The notes under the pieces: generated by a model
Databases searched by the model: none
What the model was told of the DNA's origin: nothing
The model's input: the letters and a program-made list of their open reading frames with translations, nothing else
Made by a program: the position numbers and the translations under genes
Shown: one piece after another, positions 47,957-60,940 of the stretch
Position numbering within the stretch: the first letter of the stretch is position 1
How the letters are laid out: each line of letters starts with the position of its first letter
Assembly: GCA_036172245.1 (NCBI GenBank)
Contig: JAYWIR010000069.1
Coordinates: forward strand, 372,001 to 436,000
Direction: 5' to 3'
Source of the DNA: Raillietiella orientalis
Lineage: Eukaryota
DNA length: 64,000 bases

Positions 47957-50900
47957 CTAAAAAGTCAGAGTGAACAAAAGGAGTGTTGATAGCTGCACCC
48001 ACCATCAAGAACGCCATTAAAGTCCCTAGAAATCCGCCGGCTATCAAGTCTGTAACGTGATGCATATGTTCCCAAAAACGTGACAGAGACAACACGGTGG
48101 CTATCAAAAACAGCAACGCTTTCGTTGCAATGAGGAAGGGTCGTTTCCGGATGCACATGTCTAGCTGATGCTGTTCGAAAGGATAAATGGGATTTCATGC
48201 CTTTTATGCTTACAGATAAATAGGTTGCTGTGTAAAATGCCGCGGCTGAATGACCAGAAGGGAAGGACATTCTGAAATACATGTTAGGGGACTGTGATCC
48301 TCTCGCTGTTTAACTAGCCTGGCATCCTGCAGGGTGGATTCGCTTACATCTGTGTTTGTGCACGTGTAGGAAGTGATGTACATTCCAGGGGAGCAGCCGC
48401 CTTCCCATTCCGCTTTACAAACGCTGAAGTTTGGTCGGAGTCTCCCGAAATAATATTTCATCATCTCCACAATGCCTTTCAGAATAACAGCTCCCGAAAG
48501 AGAGTAGGACAATTCATTTGCTGCATTTAGCAGGGAAGTACTGTTTATGCCGTCCTTCAGCTCGCAGGGTAAAGTCTGCAAGTCAGTTGCAATGAGGTAA
48601 TGTACGAGGTCGCAAGCACATGTGTTCCTCGAACATTTTCACATATGAAGATAGGCGTGTTACAAATCAATCAGTACCCACGTAAAGTAAGGCTTTTACG
48701 AGCGCAAGAGTGCTTTCGGAGAAACTTTTCCCCACAGCTGGACGCTTTTTCGTCGAAAAATGTGTGCTCCTCAAACAAATTAGGGCAGTTTTTTCATGTA
48801 CTTTTATCTGCTTGCATTTTATCGTACAGGAGTGCCTACTTGCCCGCTGCACACTAAGGTGGTAAATACTGCACGCAAACACAGCTCGATAGCCGCCGTT
48901 CCACGTCCATGCAGTGACAGTGGATGTGCTCTTACAGTTGACGAGCAAATCACATGGATGGGATTCCACACAGAAATCAGCTCGAATAGAATAATAAGGA
49001 GTACAGGTTTGTCGCTAGGCGACAAGCGGAGCTGGGAATGCGTTCATAAGAGTCCCTTGCAGCACGCCACATCGGGTCGCGCTTCAAAGGGAGTTCCCGG
49101 TATCCCATTTCGTTAACGTGTCAATCTGTTTAATTTTACACTGCATTTTTTGAATACATGGTGGTAGGGAAAAAAAAAAAAAAGAAAATTCAGTCGATTT
49201 GCTCGAAACGGAATGGAAAAGCCCGAAACCAGAGAACAACATGAAGTGTCTCTTGAATAGCACAGGAGATGTATTCACACGCGTTCATTCGAATGCCAGG
49301 AGTTTCTGCATGAAAGGCTGCAATCTACTCTCACGTCTTCGGATGTCCCAATGCAAACTCCTTGTCATTCTAGGTTTTGCATTTTTGTACATCTCAGCTG
49401 CATCTGCAGATCTCTCATCCTAATATACGTTCCAGAATCGAGAGAAATGTCTTTCGCTTGGCTGCTCCCGAATGGCTTTAGTTTCCAAGAGTGTGCACTA
49501 TTCTCCAAAACACCCCACCTGAATCGACACGCACCGGAGATTGAAAATAGAAGAGAACTCCACAGCTGAAAGCAAACGACCACCGAGAGAGATCGCTCGG
49601 ACTCATGGAGATAAGCTATTTGATGCAAGGACCGCGCTGGCCATTGCTTCGTTCCAAAAGAAGTTTTGAGTATACGGATGTTCGGAAGGAACCTTTAGAG
49701 ACGTTAGAAAAACTACGCGTTAAGGGCAAGCGGGGGCATCACGCTTCTCGGTTGCACGAGGACTGTGATTTTTCGAGCATGCCACTGGCAACGAACAGTG
49801 TGAAGAGGCTGTGCAATCAAGGCACCGGCCTAGAGCTGTTAATAATTTCGAGAAGCGTCATGGACGGCGTTATGAATCGACCGTAAGATCGCTCCTGAAG
49901 TACTTCATCAACCTCATCATGCGGTGGTTGCTTTTGCCTCTGTTAGCTGGGTGCGATAATGCGGCTAGGCGTGAAATTAGCAAAGCGACCTGAAGGTCAT
50001 CTTCAATGAGAAAGGTGCCCAATGTAACTGAGGCTCTCTCAGCAATGGTGCATTTTCCCTCCTCCCAAAATAGCCGTCGCTACAAAATTGCATCTTACGC
50101 AGCAGATTGAGAAGCTGTCTCAGAGATGGTGGGAGATTCTCTGTTTCCGGAAGAACCGTTTCAACAACGATAGGTCTCCGGCGTCTGCGGCGTAAGCTGG
50201 AAAATGCATTTTGGAGAGGACCGAATGATAGGTGCTTCTACAGACGTTTTCCATCAAGGTCCCCGCTGTGGATTGTGGCGGACTTACTCGGTTCTCAGGG
50301 CTAGAAGCTGCTCAAGCACCACGAAAGCAAGCCTGCTCTTATCCGGTGAATCCGATCTCTCCGTTCGGCTTCCCTGAGGCCGCTTCCGATCCATGCTTTT
50401 GCGTAGATGGTGATGCACAAACGAAGATGGCCACCAAGTCAGCGTTGCATTCAAAAGCTGTGCGAACGGCTGCGGAGGCGCGAGTTTCGATTACCTCCCC
50501 CCCCTTTTACACGGAGCGACGCGCTCTCTTCGTCCGTTTCCTTGGCTATTGGTCCCTGGGACCGGGTGACCTTCAGTGTCCCGAGAACTGCTAACAGGTA
50601 TCGAAGGTGGAGTGTATCGACGATGACGAACGTGTCCGGCGCAAAATTGCTTGCGATCCATGCCACGCCCCATTTAATCACTTACGATGGCTGTCATGGT
50701 GGCGAAAACTCCCGTAATAAGATGAGCTTTTGAGACCGTTGGTTTGACGTACGGCAGCTGTATGGATTCGTCATCACAATAAAATCCTCTTTTGGTGATT
50801 CCATGGACTTTGAAGTAGATCTTCGGGAGTACAACTGAAGAGAAGAGAACAAGGAGAACCAACAAGTGTTTCGTTTGCCGGCGGCTAGGGATGAGCGATC

Positions 50901-51797
50901 ACACTCGACTGCGATGAAGTCGAGGACAACCGCTCGAGTGCCCTTTTTTCCAAAGAATGCTCACTGTGAGGGGTAGGTGTCTGGCACCTCATAATTACGG
51001 TGGGGTCGGAAACACTGGATCGAGAATAGATGACGGTCGCCTCCCGACGAGACCACACGAACTGAGGGAAAATGGGAAACAATGGAACTAATCCCGGATA
51101 AAATGAACTGGTAGAAAAAAGGGTATCATAATCAAGGGGATGCTTTTAATGACAAAGAAGACGGTCAGGATGAGCCTTCCTGGTTAATACTGCCTGTGTG
51201 GCGACGAAAAGCAAGGGTAGCGACCAAATCAGAACAAAGGAGATCCCTCCTGAAGGCACTAGGAATGAACTCAGACGCAATAGCTCATGAAGAAGAAAGC
51301 TTCGCGACTCCTGTCGGTTGCGAAATCGGACGGACAAAGGGCATCTTCAGCACGAGGGACGCATCGATCAAAAGATCGCAGTGGCGCAAGAAAAGGGAAT
51401 GGCACGAATCAACGGCAATCCAATCGAAGTTTCGCTGGAGACACTTTCAGCAATCTACCGCGAAGTACAGCGCCAAATTTTTTTTTCACAATTCGTCTAG
51501 TAGTCCGCACGGGAAAATTTGATAAAATCCGATTCAGGTGACAGCTACAAATGAACGCAGGTTGCGTCACGATCGACCTGAAGGGCAAGAGGAAATTTCG
51601 ATGTGATCTAAAAGGGCAAGAAGGAAACGGCAACTCTGTGCGGCCACCGCGACTCGGACTAAAGCTTCAAGGACCAGCTGATGCAACATACTGGAACACC
51701 AGATTCACTCACCCATGATGCAAGTCAAGAGCAACCGCACGTAGAATGTGGACACTTTTGCCATCACTACTTTGGAAACGTCTACTTCGAATTGAAC
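47843..51797 (-). CDS. PAP2-family lipid phosphate phosphatase (PLPP/wunen-like) gene, copy B, catalytic motifs intact
   Basis: Exons 51797-51713, 50834-50686, 48575-48319, 48271-48214, 48170-48003, 47956-47843 splice in frame. Motifs: GFYCDDESIQLPY, KYYFGRLRP (C1), SFPSGH (C2), SRFWEHMHHVTD (C3). First ATG at 51764; 3' end uncertain. Confidence 0.92.
48003..48170 (-). CDS. PAP2 copy B exon with C3 motif (SRFWEHMHHVTD)
   Basis: AACAG acceptor, GTGGGT donor. Confidence 0.9.
48214..48271 (-). CDS. PAP2 copy B exon with C2 motif (MSFPSGHSAAAFYTATYLS)
   Basis: TTTCAG acceptor, GTAAGC donor. Confidence 0.9.
48319..48575 (-). CDS. PAP2 copy B exon with C1 motif (KYYFGRLRPNF)
   Basis: TTGCAG acceptor; ends at AG|GCTAGT GC donor. 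Confidence 0.9.
50686..50834 (-). CDS. PAP2 copy B exon (GFYCDDESIQLPY)
   Basis: CTTCAG acceptor, GTAAGT donor. Confidence 0.9.
51713..51797 (-). CDS. PAP2 copy B exon (VQFEVDVSKVV-MAKVSTFYVRLLLTCIM)
   Basis: TTTTAG acceptor, phase-1 GTGAGT donor. Confidence 0.78.
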
Positions 51798-54429
51798 CTA
51801 AAAGAAACCGAAATCATTTTGCTGATCTGAAGAGTCGAAAGAACGTACAAACTCCCGTTTGTTTGCAAAAAAGGAGAGAATAGAGAAATAGAAATAAAAA
51901 CGGCTGCAGGAGAAAATCCAGAGTGCAGGAAATGAGTGGCCAAGCAAGAAGACGCTCCGTGTTGCAGAGAAATTGCACTTCAGAAAGCTCGCGTCAGTCT
52001 GTTCGCGATAAGAATGAAAATGCTGAAATCCACCATTGCCATGGTGACAAGCGCTGCTTCAGGGAAACCAGAAAACGAAAACGCACAAGCGCACCATGGA
52101 AATCAAATACACACCGGAAGACTGGCAGCCCTTGCAGATTCCCACCCACCCCTTTATGCTTATCCTGGAGTGCGCAGCAGTAAAAGACCCCGCAAGCCAT
52201 CCTGCGGAGACTCCGCCGAGCATCTCAGATGACCCTGCAGAATAAAGAGAAAGACTGCAGAAACGTTGCAAAGCAAAGAACAAGAATACAGAAAGACAGA
52301 AAAGACGGTCGAAGCAGTAAGACTTGGAAGACGGGGCATCGACTGGAGCACTTTTCAAGGTGCTCATCAACAGCGCAATCCCATCTCAGGACAGAAGGGC
52401 AACGTGTCAACCGCCGTTGCCCTGAGAGTCGCGCAATCGCCAGCCCTCGTACGGAATCACCGCAAACACAGCATTCCACTTAACTGCTGGGAAGCCTAAC
52501 AGTTGGGTCCCTTGGAATGTCCGCTTGGTCTGATGACGCAGCAGGCGACTTGCTGGATTGCCTAGGAATGCGGGAACCTCTCCTTGACTGTTCAAAGTGC
52601 CGTCTCAAAGTTGCAACAACTGCACATCTTCGGAGCATTTCTTTGCCTCCTGCAGTTCACTTCGCGTGAGTGAATAAATTAAATCTTCCGTAGAAACCGT
52701 CAGTGGGGAATCACACAGTAGAAGGAGAGCCAGAAAGCGCAAAAGGCACACAGAGAGCGGCGGGGAGAATCGCACAAAGTGTCTCTTTTTTAGTGAACTG
52801 ATCGAATCTTTTTTTCAATTCTTCTTGCACACCTGGTAGGAATTCCGAAGGGAACCGGATCAAAGGGATCCTTGAAAGGATTCTGCAAAGTGCCTTTCCC
52901 AAATTAGGCTGGTCAGGGGGTGGTATCCGTTCTCCAGAGCGCTAAAGCCTAGCGTCATTCTTCTGGGAAGTTCCAACCCATGACATACCCATTCTGTGGG
53001 TTCGCACTTCTTCGAATGGGATTTAAACTTGTAACGTTACTGCGCGCTGCAGAAACTGCATCTACTAAGAGACGATCACCGAATTTATGGTGAGATGAAG
53101 TTTTTAATTAAAGATGGCCTTATCCTGTTTCATCGCTAAAACTATTCTTCAGTGAAGATGACTTCTGGCTCTCACGGAACTGTCCAAATGCTGCTGGCGC
53201 AAAAGAAACGATCAGTTTACTTGCAATCGCCTTAAAAAGGAAGAAAACAACCAAGTTGAGAAGGAAAGACGACAGTGAACTGTTGCACGTCGCAGCTTCA
53301 ACGATTTTCCTTTGACGAAATTTAGAGAACTTTGTTTAAGCTGCCATTAGTTGGAGGTCCATTATTCCCGTTTACCGAAGGACATCCGTATGTTTATCAC
53401 TGCACCCTGGTTTGAAATTCCAGCAAGATTCTTTGAATTTGCAGCATCCACAGCGTGCTCAGCTTCCATTAGTTCTGATGACTGCGTTTGAGATCGTGAC
53501 TTTTACTCATTCTATGGTCTTTTTGACTTGAAGGACATGAAAATTGGGCCCCGAATGTCCACACATTCCAGCCGTTGATGTTTCAACGCCTCACAGCGGT
53601 TGCAGGGGACAATCAAGGCAGCGCCACTAAAATTTAAACCGATGTAACATCTGAAATAGCAAGCAGGAGTTAGTTTTTAAGGGCACTGTGCAACTTCACG
53701 GGCCGTTCGACCCTCACGTTGCAGTGATGAACAGAATCCAGTAGCTACATTTTGACACACTCAGTGTCTAGCCAGCAAGCATAAGGACAGAGGAGAGGGA
53801 GCGGAATCTCAACAAGCATGCAGCTTCTTGAAATACAGGCAAAATGCGTGGGCTCTTCACACTTCCGTAGAAGGGTCGCTCTTTCCATCCTTCTTTCTAC
53901 GCGTTCAATGATGCTGAGGGGTGCCACGTGCAACCTTGCTTCCACACGCAGGGGTACCTCCTTTGATTCTCACCATAAGGCAGTAAGTTTCCATTAGGCT
54001 GCTCCAAGTGGATTCACCAAACAGATATAAAATAACAAGTTGGAAAAAGCGTTTCCTAAGCAAATAAAACGAAACGAATTCGAAGGGAAGACTTCACCTA
54101 CTCGCAGGTTGTTACTCTGTCATTCTGGAGCGGGAAAGGACAGTAAGTAAGCAAAGTGAGAGAGCATGACGACAGAGATGTACTCAGTACGGATGCAGGG
54201 CGATTGTGATCTCCGGCTCGACTTCCTCTTCCTAGTGAGGGCACCTGCAACAGTTCCATTGGGGGCGGCTGCTGTGAAGTCCCTCCTTCCCTACGATAAC
54301 CACCCTCCTTCACGACGGAAATCCTTCATAGGGCAAAAATAAGATGCGCAATGTAAGCGGACAAGATGCGGGAGCAAAGTTTCATTATTGGCAAATGCGC
54401 AAGTGCTAAAAAGAGTATCTAATCTCGAT

Positions 54430-55415
54430 ACATTTCAGCCGCGCTCTCTAATTACATCCACATTCTATTCTGACGCGTTTTCCTTAGTTGTAAATGCGTA
54501 TGAAGGCGTATGATGGTTCTCAGATGCTGCTTGCTGAACCAGAAAACTTTGGACAAGTTGCACAACCCGATTCCGTTTAGTTTTCAAGGTCCAATCCCAT
54601 ATGGGTCTTCTTGCTGTGGACCGCGCCCGTCATAGAAGGAGGCAAGTGAGAATGTCTTCTTGTGTCTTAACAACGCTCTCACGGTCCATTCCTCAAACAT
54701 GCGTCCGACATTTCCATCCGGGGAGTCACAGAGCCTTTTTCACCTTGCTCAACAAAAAGCACGTTTGCTCTTCTTAGAATGCTCATTCCCACTTCGATCA
54801 CCTTGCAGCCGAAAGAAATGGAAACCTCTGAGCGGTGTAGACAGCATCAGTTCTGGAGAAGTCTTGTTAGGCCAAAGCAGAGATGCATTGGTGGGCGGGA
54901 CCGTGCGAACAGCTGGAACACGGCAGGGCGCGCAAGTGAATGCCGCCTCGGCACCACCAGGCCTTGCGTGCTGCTAATGGGCGTCCCAAGGGGAAGATGC
55001 CGCAAAGTCAAGTCGACACGTCGGAATGCTCCAATTTTTTGACTTTTTGAAGATTCCTCACGAGGCCGTGCTGCACGTTTGCCTTTTAAGAATCTGTAGG
55101 CGTGGAAGCACCGAGACCCCATTTGGTTTTCGGAGATTATGCCGAGGTCCATAGACAGTAGGCACTCAGCCTCAGGATGAACTACCTGTGCTGCATCGTG
55201 TTGGTTGTAGCCGCGACTGGTAAATCTCTTTCTGCATGGCGCCTTTGGATAACAGTGGACTGACGATCGGATCGTATGTGAGTGGTTTGCGTCTTCACTG
55301 CTATCCCGAAGCACTCTTGAAAGAACCGCTCTGTGGTGCCTTCCAAGCATGACGTCGTGGATAATAAAGGGGTGGGTGGGCATCTGTCTGAGTGTCCCTT
55401 TGCATTGGTACTCAC
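54430..55415. repeat. Duplicated segment, paralog of 22000-22970
   Basis: Near-identical predicted ORFs at 22231/54660 and 22350/54779. Confidence 0.92.
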
Positions 55416-55459
55416 GTTCTGAGGTGATTCGCTTTTTGCACTGAAGTTTGCGCAACAAT

Positions 55460-55930
55460 GAGCGGCGGCACCGTGTTTCTGGTGGGCTGTCTTCCCCTTA
55501 ATGTGCACGGTGGGGTGCGACGGAGTTGTTCTCGCACCTTCTTTTGGACTGCGGTGCCCTCCACGAACTCTGGAGGAGACAGGCAGCAGCACTCCTGCCA
55601 CCGGGGGACACCGCTCGTAAGGAGCTGCTAGGGTTCTTCCAGCCGCAAGGACTTTTGACGGCTGCAATAATTTCGACCGTTGGCTGCATCCTAGCCATCG
55701 TCGCCGTCCGAGACGTGCTGGAGAACATTTGTCAGCTATGTTGTGTAACCAGGAAGGCAGCCAACTTCATCAGGTCGGCAGCTGGGTGGCGACACTCATG
55801 GGAAGACACAACGGAGCAGCTAACCGGTATCCATCGCCGAATGAGAAACGGCTTAGAACGACGAACCCGGTGATCCGCCCTTATTTTATTTTTAATTGAT
55901 TTTTTTTGTTCTCGCATCCTCCACGGCAAA
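55460..55930 (+). mobile_element. LINE ORF2 C-terminal fragment plus start of T-rich 3' UTR
   Basis: HLLLDCGALHELW...FIRSAAGW...GIHRR matches the C-termini of copies at 57507-57776(-) and 34397-34786(-). Confidence 0.8.
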
Positions 55931-55933
55931 TAA

Positions 55934-57300
55934 TTGCCGGAGGATATCGACCCGGCGGTGGCGTTTGTCGTCGAACGCATGCTCGATGACGTCGCCTTTG
56001 AGCGAGCGGCGGAGCTCGCTGCGTCCTTGCAGCGTCCCCCCAAATCCGCGAAAAAGGACTCAAGGCATCCGATCAAGAAGTCGAAGATTCCGAACTCCGA
56101 CGCAGAGGCGGAAAACAGCCTGCGACATCGCAACCTCCCACCCGAGGGCCAGTCGCACGAAGAAGGCTACCCGCAAAATTATCCCGTCCGTGGAAAAGGG
56201 AGAGATAATCGAGGAAAGCGAGCGTGCGAAGAAAGTAAGAAACTCCGGGAACTCTCCTCCAGAGATAACCCCACGCTGTGACGGCGGAGGGAATGAAAGG
56301 GTAGAGTCTGTGCCCCAGGTGATTCAAGTGCCTGAGATGGCCGCGGTCCCCTTACTCGTCCCTCTCACCTGTCCCTTGACAGGTGCTGCAACGCCACGTT
56401 CCCAGCCTTAATGCCGGGAATCGCCTCTTGCCGCCGTCTGCGAATTGCCTGTTGGAACGTCAACGGGCTAAGCGACGACGGCAAGAGACGAGACGTGGCC
56501 TCCACCCTGGCATCGTTGGACCTGGTGCTACTGCAGGAGATCCACGTGATCTCAGCTGACCAAGCAACGGAGATCAAGCGTATCTCAGGTGGACGGCTGC
56601 TGTGGCGTTGCGGCACCGTTAAATCTTGCGGTGTCGCGTTCCTGCTTCGTCCAGCTGTCGAGACTGCGGCAAAGGGCGTACGGTTTGATAGTGCCGGTCG
56701 CGTCGGGCAGTTGACCATCAGGTGGTCCGACTCTATCGATCTGGTCATTACCAACGTGTACGCCCCAAGCGGCAGCGACGCGCTAAGGGCAAAGGCAAGG
56801 AGAGATTTCTTCCTTACCCTGAGGCGCGAATATCTGGACGAAGCGGGAGTGCGCAAAGCGCACCTAATCGCAGGTGACTTTAACCTGCGCCTGCTGTCAG
56901 GTGCGTCCAACACACTTCGGGACCGCGTGAACGAGCTGTGCGCAGAGATGCACACGCGCAACTTGTTCGCGGGAGATCCAGAAATGGCCGACAGCATAGA
57001 TCACGTGTTTCTTGACCAGCACCTATGCTCACGCGTGGGCAGGCGCGGCAAGTTACCGTCGGAACTGTCGGACCATGACCGGATCGTACTCGAGGTGCGC
57101 CCACGCGATAGGGGTCCGCCGTCATCTGCGTGGCGCTTATTGGGGGACTGGCTGAAACTTCCGGAAGCCGCGGAGCATCTCCGCGGATTCATACGAGGTT
57201 TCAGTTTGCAGACGCTTCAGGACTGGGACCGCTTCAAGCGCTCGGTCCGAGATTTTTGCGACGAGTTCCCTATGAATCTCCTGCCTGCCGGGTTTGCTGT
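55934..57300 (+). mobile_element. Non-LTR retrotransposon fragment: ORF1 C-terminus plus complete EN domain, cut by the antisense copy at ~57300
   Basis: ORF 56411-57367 has WNVNGL, LQEIH, NVYAP, GDFN, SDH; TAATG junction at 56409-56413. Confidence 0.92.
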
Positions 57301-57303
57301 TGC

Positions 57304-60300
57304 CACCCAGGTACGCCTGGGGCCTTTATTGAAAACTCTACAAAAACGTGATACGAGGCTCCAATAATGGCCAAACAACACCAGACCTGCCGGGACGCCA
57401 GGACGCAGCCCGGCGTGACGCTCCTCGGCAGTGGAGGGGAGTTTGAGAGAAAAAAAAAATAAAATAAAGAAAAACAAAAAAAGTTTGGAGGGAGGCAAAG
57501 GGACCACTATCCACTAGGAGGAGGGCCAATCCTTCGCAGGATGCCCTCTAGGTTCTTCTGCGTTTGTCCCAGATGGGGCCATCTCGCAGCTCTTCGAATG
57601 AAGCTCACAGCATACGGGGTGACTTCCCTCTCGTTGGCATCCACTCCTTCGTCTCGGGTATCGCTCCAGGCCGCCACGATGCCTCGGATGCAGCAGAGGG
57701 TTGCGAGGGCTGCGGCGGGCTGCAGGACGTCCCGCACGAAGAAGGGCCGAAGAACGTCTCTGGGCGAGCTGCTCATAGGGAGCCCAAGGGTCGTTCCGAA
57801 CCGTTCCCATAGGGGTCGGAGGGCAGCAAAGTCAACGAGTAGGTGGAGGAGCGATTCCCGCTCCCCACACCTGGCACACTCAGGCCTTACACTTCCCCGT
57901 GTTCAGTGGAAGCGGCGCGCGTTGGAGGGTAGACCCCAGTGCAACAGCAGCAGCGCCGTTTCCTGCCACTTCAGGGGAAGAAGCCTGGATCCAAGTAATA
58001 CTGGGGGCCACTCCAGGTCATCCGTCGGGATGCCGAGCAGCTCGCCTCATCTAACAACTCCACGCGGGAGGGCACTCGGGATCGTGGTATCAGCCAGTTC
58101 TTCCATGGTCCAAGCGCTCGTCTTCTTTACTCTGCCTGCGATTCGGCAGGAGACTTGCCACTTTGGCGTCCGGCCGCTGGTTAGAGCCCTCCGTAAGAAG
58201 AATAGCGTCGAAGCTAAAGGGGTTATCTCCGCTCACGTGCTCCTGGCGGGACACTAAAGAGTGGTCCGTAGGGTGCAGCAAGCGTTGGGGCCGAATCGCA
58301 GGCGGTTCCAGTCATATCCGGTAGGTTGGTTCAACTTGGCCCACGTCCCAACGGATTCCTCCAGCCAAGCGGAGGAGTTGGCGGGGCTGCATATTGTCCA
58401 GCCGTTTTCACTTACCAGGGCTTCCATGTGTCCAAGGAGAAGGCCGCATCTCCTGACGTTCCGGCAGGGACACAGAAGCAAAGACGCGAGACCTTGCCTC
58501 CTGGATACACGGCTGCGAGGATGCGGGCCGGAACGCACCAAGGGGTGTTCCATGTCTTTGCTGCGATGGCCAGGGTGCGCCATCGCAGCTGCATGTCCAG
58601 GCACCCTAGCGTCAGGAGGCCAAGACCACCGTCACGACGCGGAGCGCATGTGTCCTTAAGAGGCGCACATGGCCTCCCACTGCCCCAGAGGGCGCTGCGG
58701 AGAAGGCTTTTGGTCCTCTTATTCAACACACGGGGGACGGGGCAAACAAAAAGCAGGAAGCGAAGGATGGGAGCCGCGAACGCGTTTTACACCGCGGCCC
58801 GTTCCGGTAGAAGGAACTTGCCATCCAAGAACGAGCCGATTGCCAACTCTACCTTTCGGATACGACCTGACCAGGCTTCTCCGAGACAGAAGTCCCCCAA
58901 CGGGACACCTAGGTACTTCAGGCACCTGGCCGCGGGGATTCCCAAGCGGATCCAGTCAGGCTGTCCAGCCCACGTCACCCCCACCACTACCACCGAAGAC
59001 TTCGCCTTGTTTACCCGCAATCCAGTCCCACGGCTTAGCAGACCGAAGAAGTCCCCAAATGCGGCTTCCGGGACGGACATGGGCAACATCAGCACGAGAT
59101 CGTCGGCGTATGCTGCAACGGCGGGCGTGCCGGGGCGCGAGCTAGGCAAGGCAGCCAAGGTTGCCCTGTACGCTCTTAGCACCAACACAAAGTAAGTGCT
59201 AAAGAGCAGGGGACTGAGGCTATCGCCCTGCCGTATGCCCCGCCGTACCGGCACGCCATACACCTGTTGACCTGAAAAACTGACCTTAATTATGGCGTTG
59301 CGCCAGCAGTAGCGCAGGTAGGAGAGAAAAGAGGGTGGGAAGCTCATGCGACCCAGGAGCTCAAACAGTAGCTCCTGGTCCACGCAGTCGAACGCCTTAT
59401 GCAGATCGACCGCGATCGCTAGGGCGCCCTTCCCTGCCCCGGTATCCATTCCCAGCCCGGCTAGCGGCCCCAAAGTGGGGTTGCCAATGTTGGCCCCGGT
59501 TTCGTTCGGACAACGCTGCACATGAAACCATGTGCTCGCGAAGAACAGGTTAGCATCCATACTTCGCCCGGGAACGGCATATGTCTCTTCCGGGCTAATT
59601 ATGGAGTCTGCCACCTGTCCTAGACGCAAAGCTCACAGTCCAGCAATTAGCTTGGCGTCCGTGTACACAATTGTGACCGGACGCCAATTGCTCAGTGATC
59701 TCAGGTCTCCTCCCTTTGGGAGGAGCCTCCCTCGGGCTGACCGAAACGAGGCGGGAACGTCGCCTTCGTCGCGGATCAGCCCGGTCAACTGAAGCACCAG
59801 GGGGGACAGCTTTGCCGCGAAGCATTGGAAAAACTCCGCGGGCAGGCCGTCCTCTTCTGGAGCCTCACGCCTCTTGAGCCTTTTAATACCGGCGAGAATT
59901 TCACCGGTAGTAAAAGGCTCGTCGAGGTTCATCCTTTCGTCCTCCCCTATTGCCGGGGCTTCGTCCGGAAGCAGCAGCCGCGAGGCATCCTGCTCTAGGG
60001 GTGTTTTGGCGTAGAGGGAGGAATAAAACCGTCGCACAAGGTGCCTGATCGCGGGTGGGGCAGAGCGCTCCCGCCCCTTGTCGTCCAGCAGGCTGGCCGA
60101 CCCGGATTGCCAGACTTGGCGCTCGACCCCCGCTCGATATTCGGCCAGGCGACGGACATTGGGGGTCCTCTCGTACCGTCGGACCTGTAAATAGGCCGTA
60201 TGGTTGCGAGCCCCCTCCCCAAATCCGGGGGGCAGGCGGTGCAAGGGGAACTCCTCGAAGAACTCGCGAACCGAGGCCTTAAAGAGGTCCCAGTCAGCGA

Positions 60301-60940
60301 GATTCCGGAAGGTGACGCCTCTCAGGAATTGGCGAAGGTGTTCTTTCGCCCCCGTGAGTCGCGTCCAGTCCCCAGGCATACGCCACGCCCTGGAAGGTGG
60401 TCCTTTGTCGCGCGGGCATATCTCGACGATTATGCATGAATGGCCCGACAGCGTCGACGCAACTTTCCCCCGTTTGCCGACCCGCGAGCACAGGTCGACA
60501 TCCAGGAAGAAGTGGTCGATGCTGCGGTCCATTCCCTCCGCGTCCGCCAACAAGTTGCGCGTGCGCATGGCAGCGCACAACTCGTTGGCCGTGCGTTCTT
60601 CTGCTTCGGGCTGACCTGACAGCACACGGAGATTTAGGTATCCAGCTATCAGGTGAGCCTTGCGCACGTTCATATCCGCCAGCCAGTCGCGCTTCATGGT
60701 TTCCAGAAACCTGGTGCGGTCGCTGTATTCCTGTTTTCCGCTGGGGGCGTAGACATTCGTGACGATCATTTCGATCGAGTCGGACCAGCTGAGAATCAGA
60801 TGACCGACCCGACCGTCGTCATCGAAGCGCACGCCCTTCACGGCAGCGTCGATGGCCGGCTTCACGAAAAACGCGACCCCACAGGTGTTGCGGGCGCCGC
60901 ATTGCCAATACAGCCGACGAAGGCACCCTCTAAGAGTGCT
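57304..60940 (-). mobile_element. Non-LTR retrotransposon ORF2 (EN-RT-C-terminal Zn finger) with T-rich 3' UTR; 5'-truncated inside EN; disabled
   Basis: ORFs 59633-60865 and 58787-59629 (AYADD, QGDSLSP) split by TGA at a Trp position; later frameshift; CARCGERESLLH near 57850; terminal AATAAA stem-loop 57304-57330. Confidence 0.95.

Noticed and set aside
48819..49025. IILFEL-containing ORF as an extra PAP2 exon
   Set aside because: Flanking exons already join in phase 0 (TAI to TLPCE), no in-phase acceptor was found, and the copy A counterpart contains stops.
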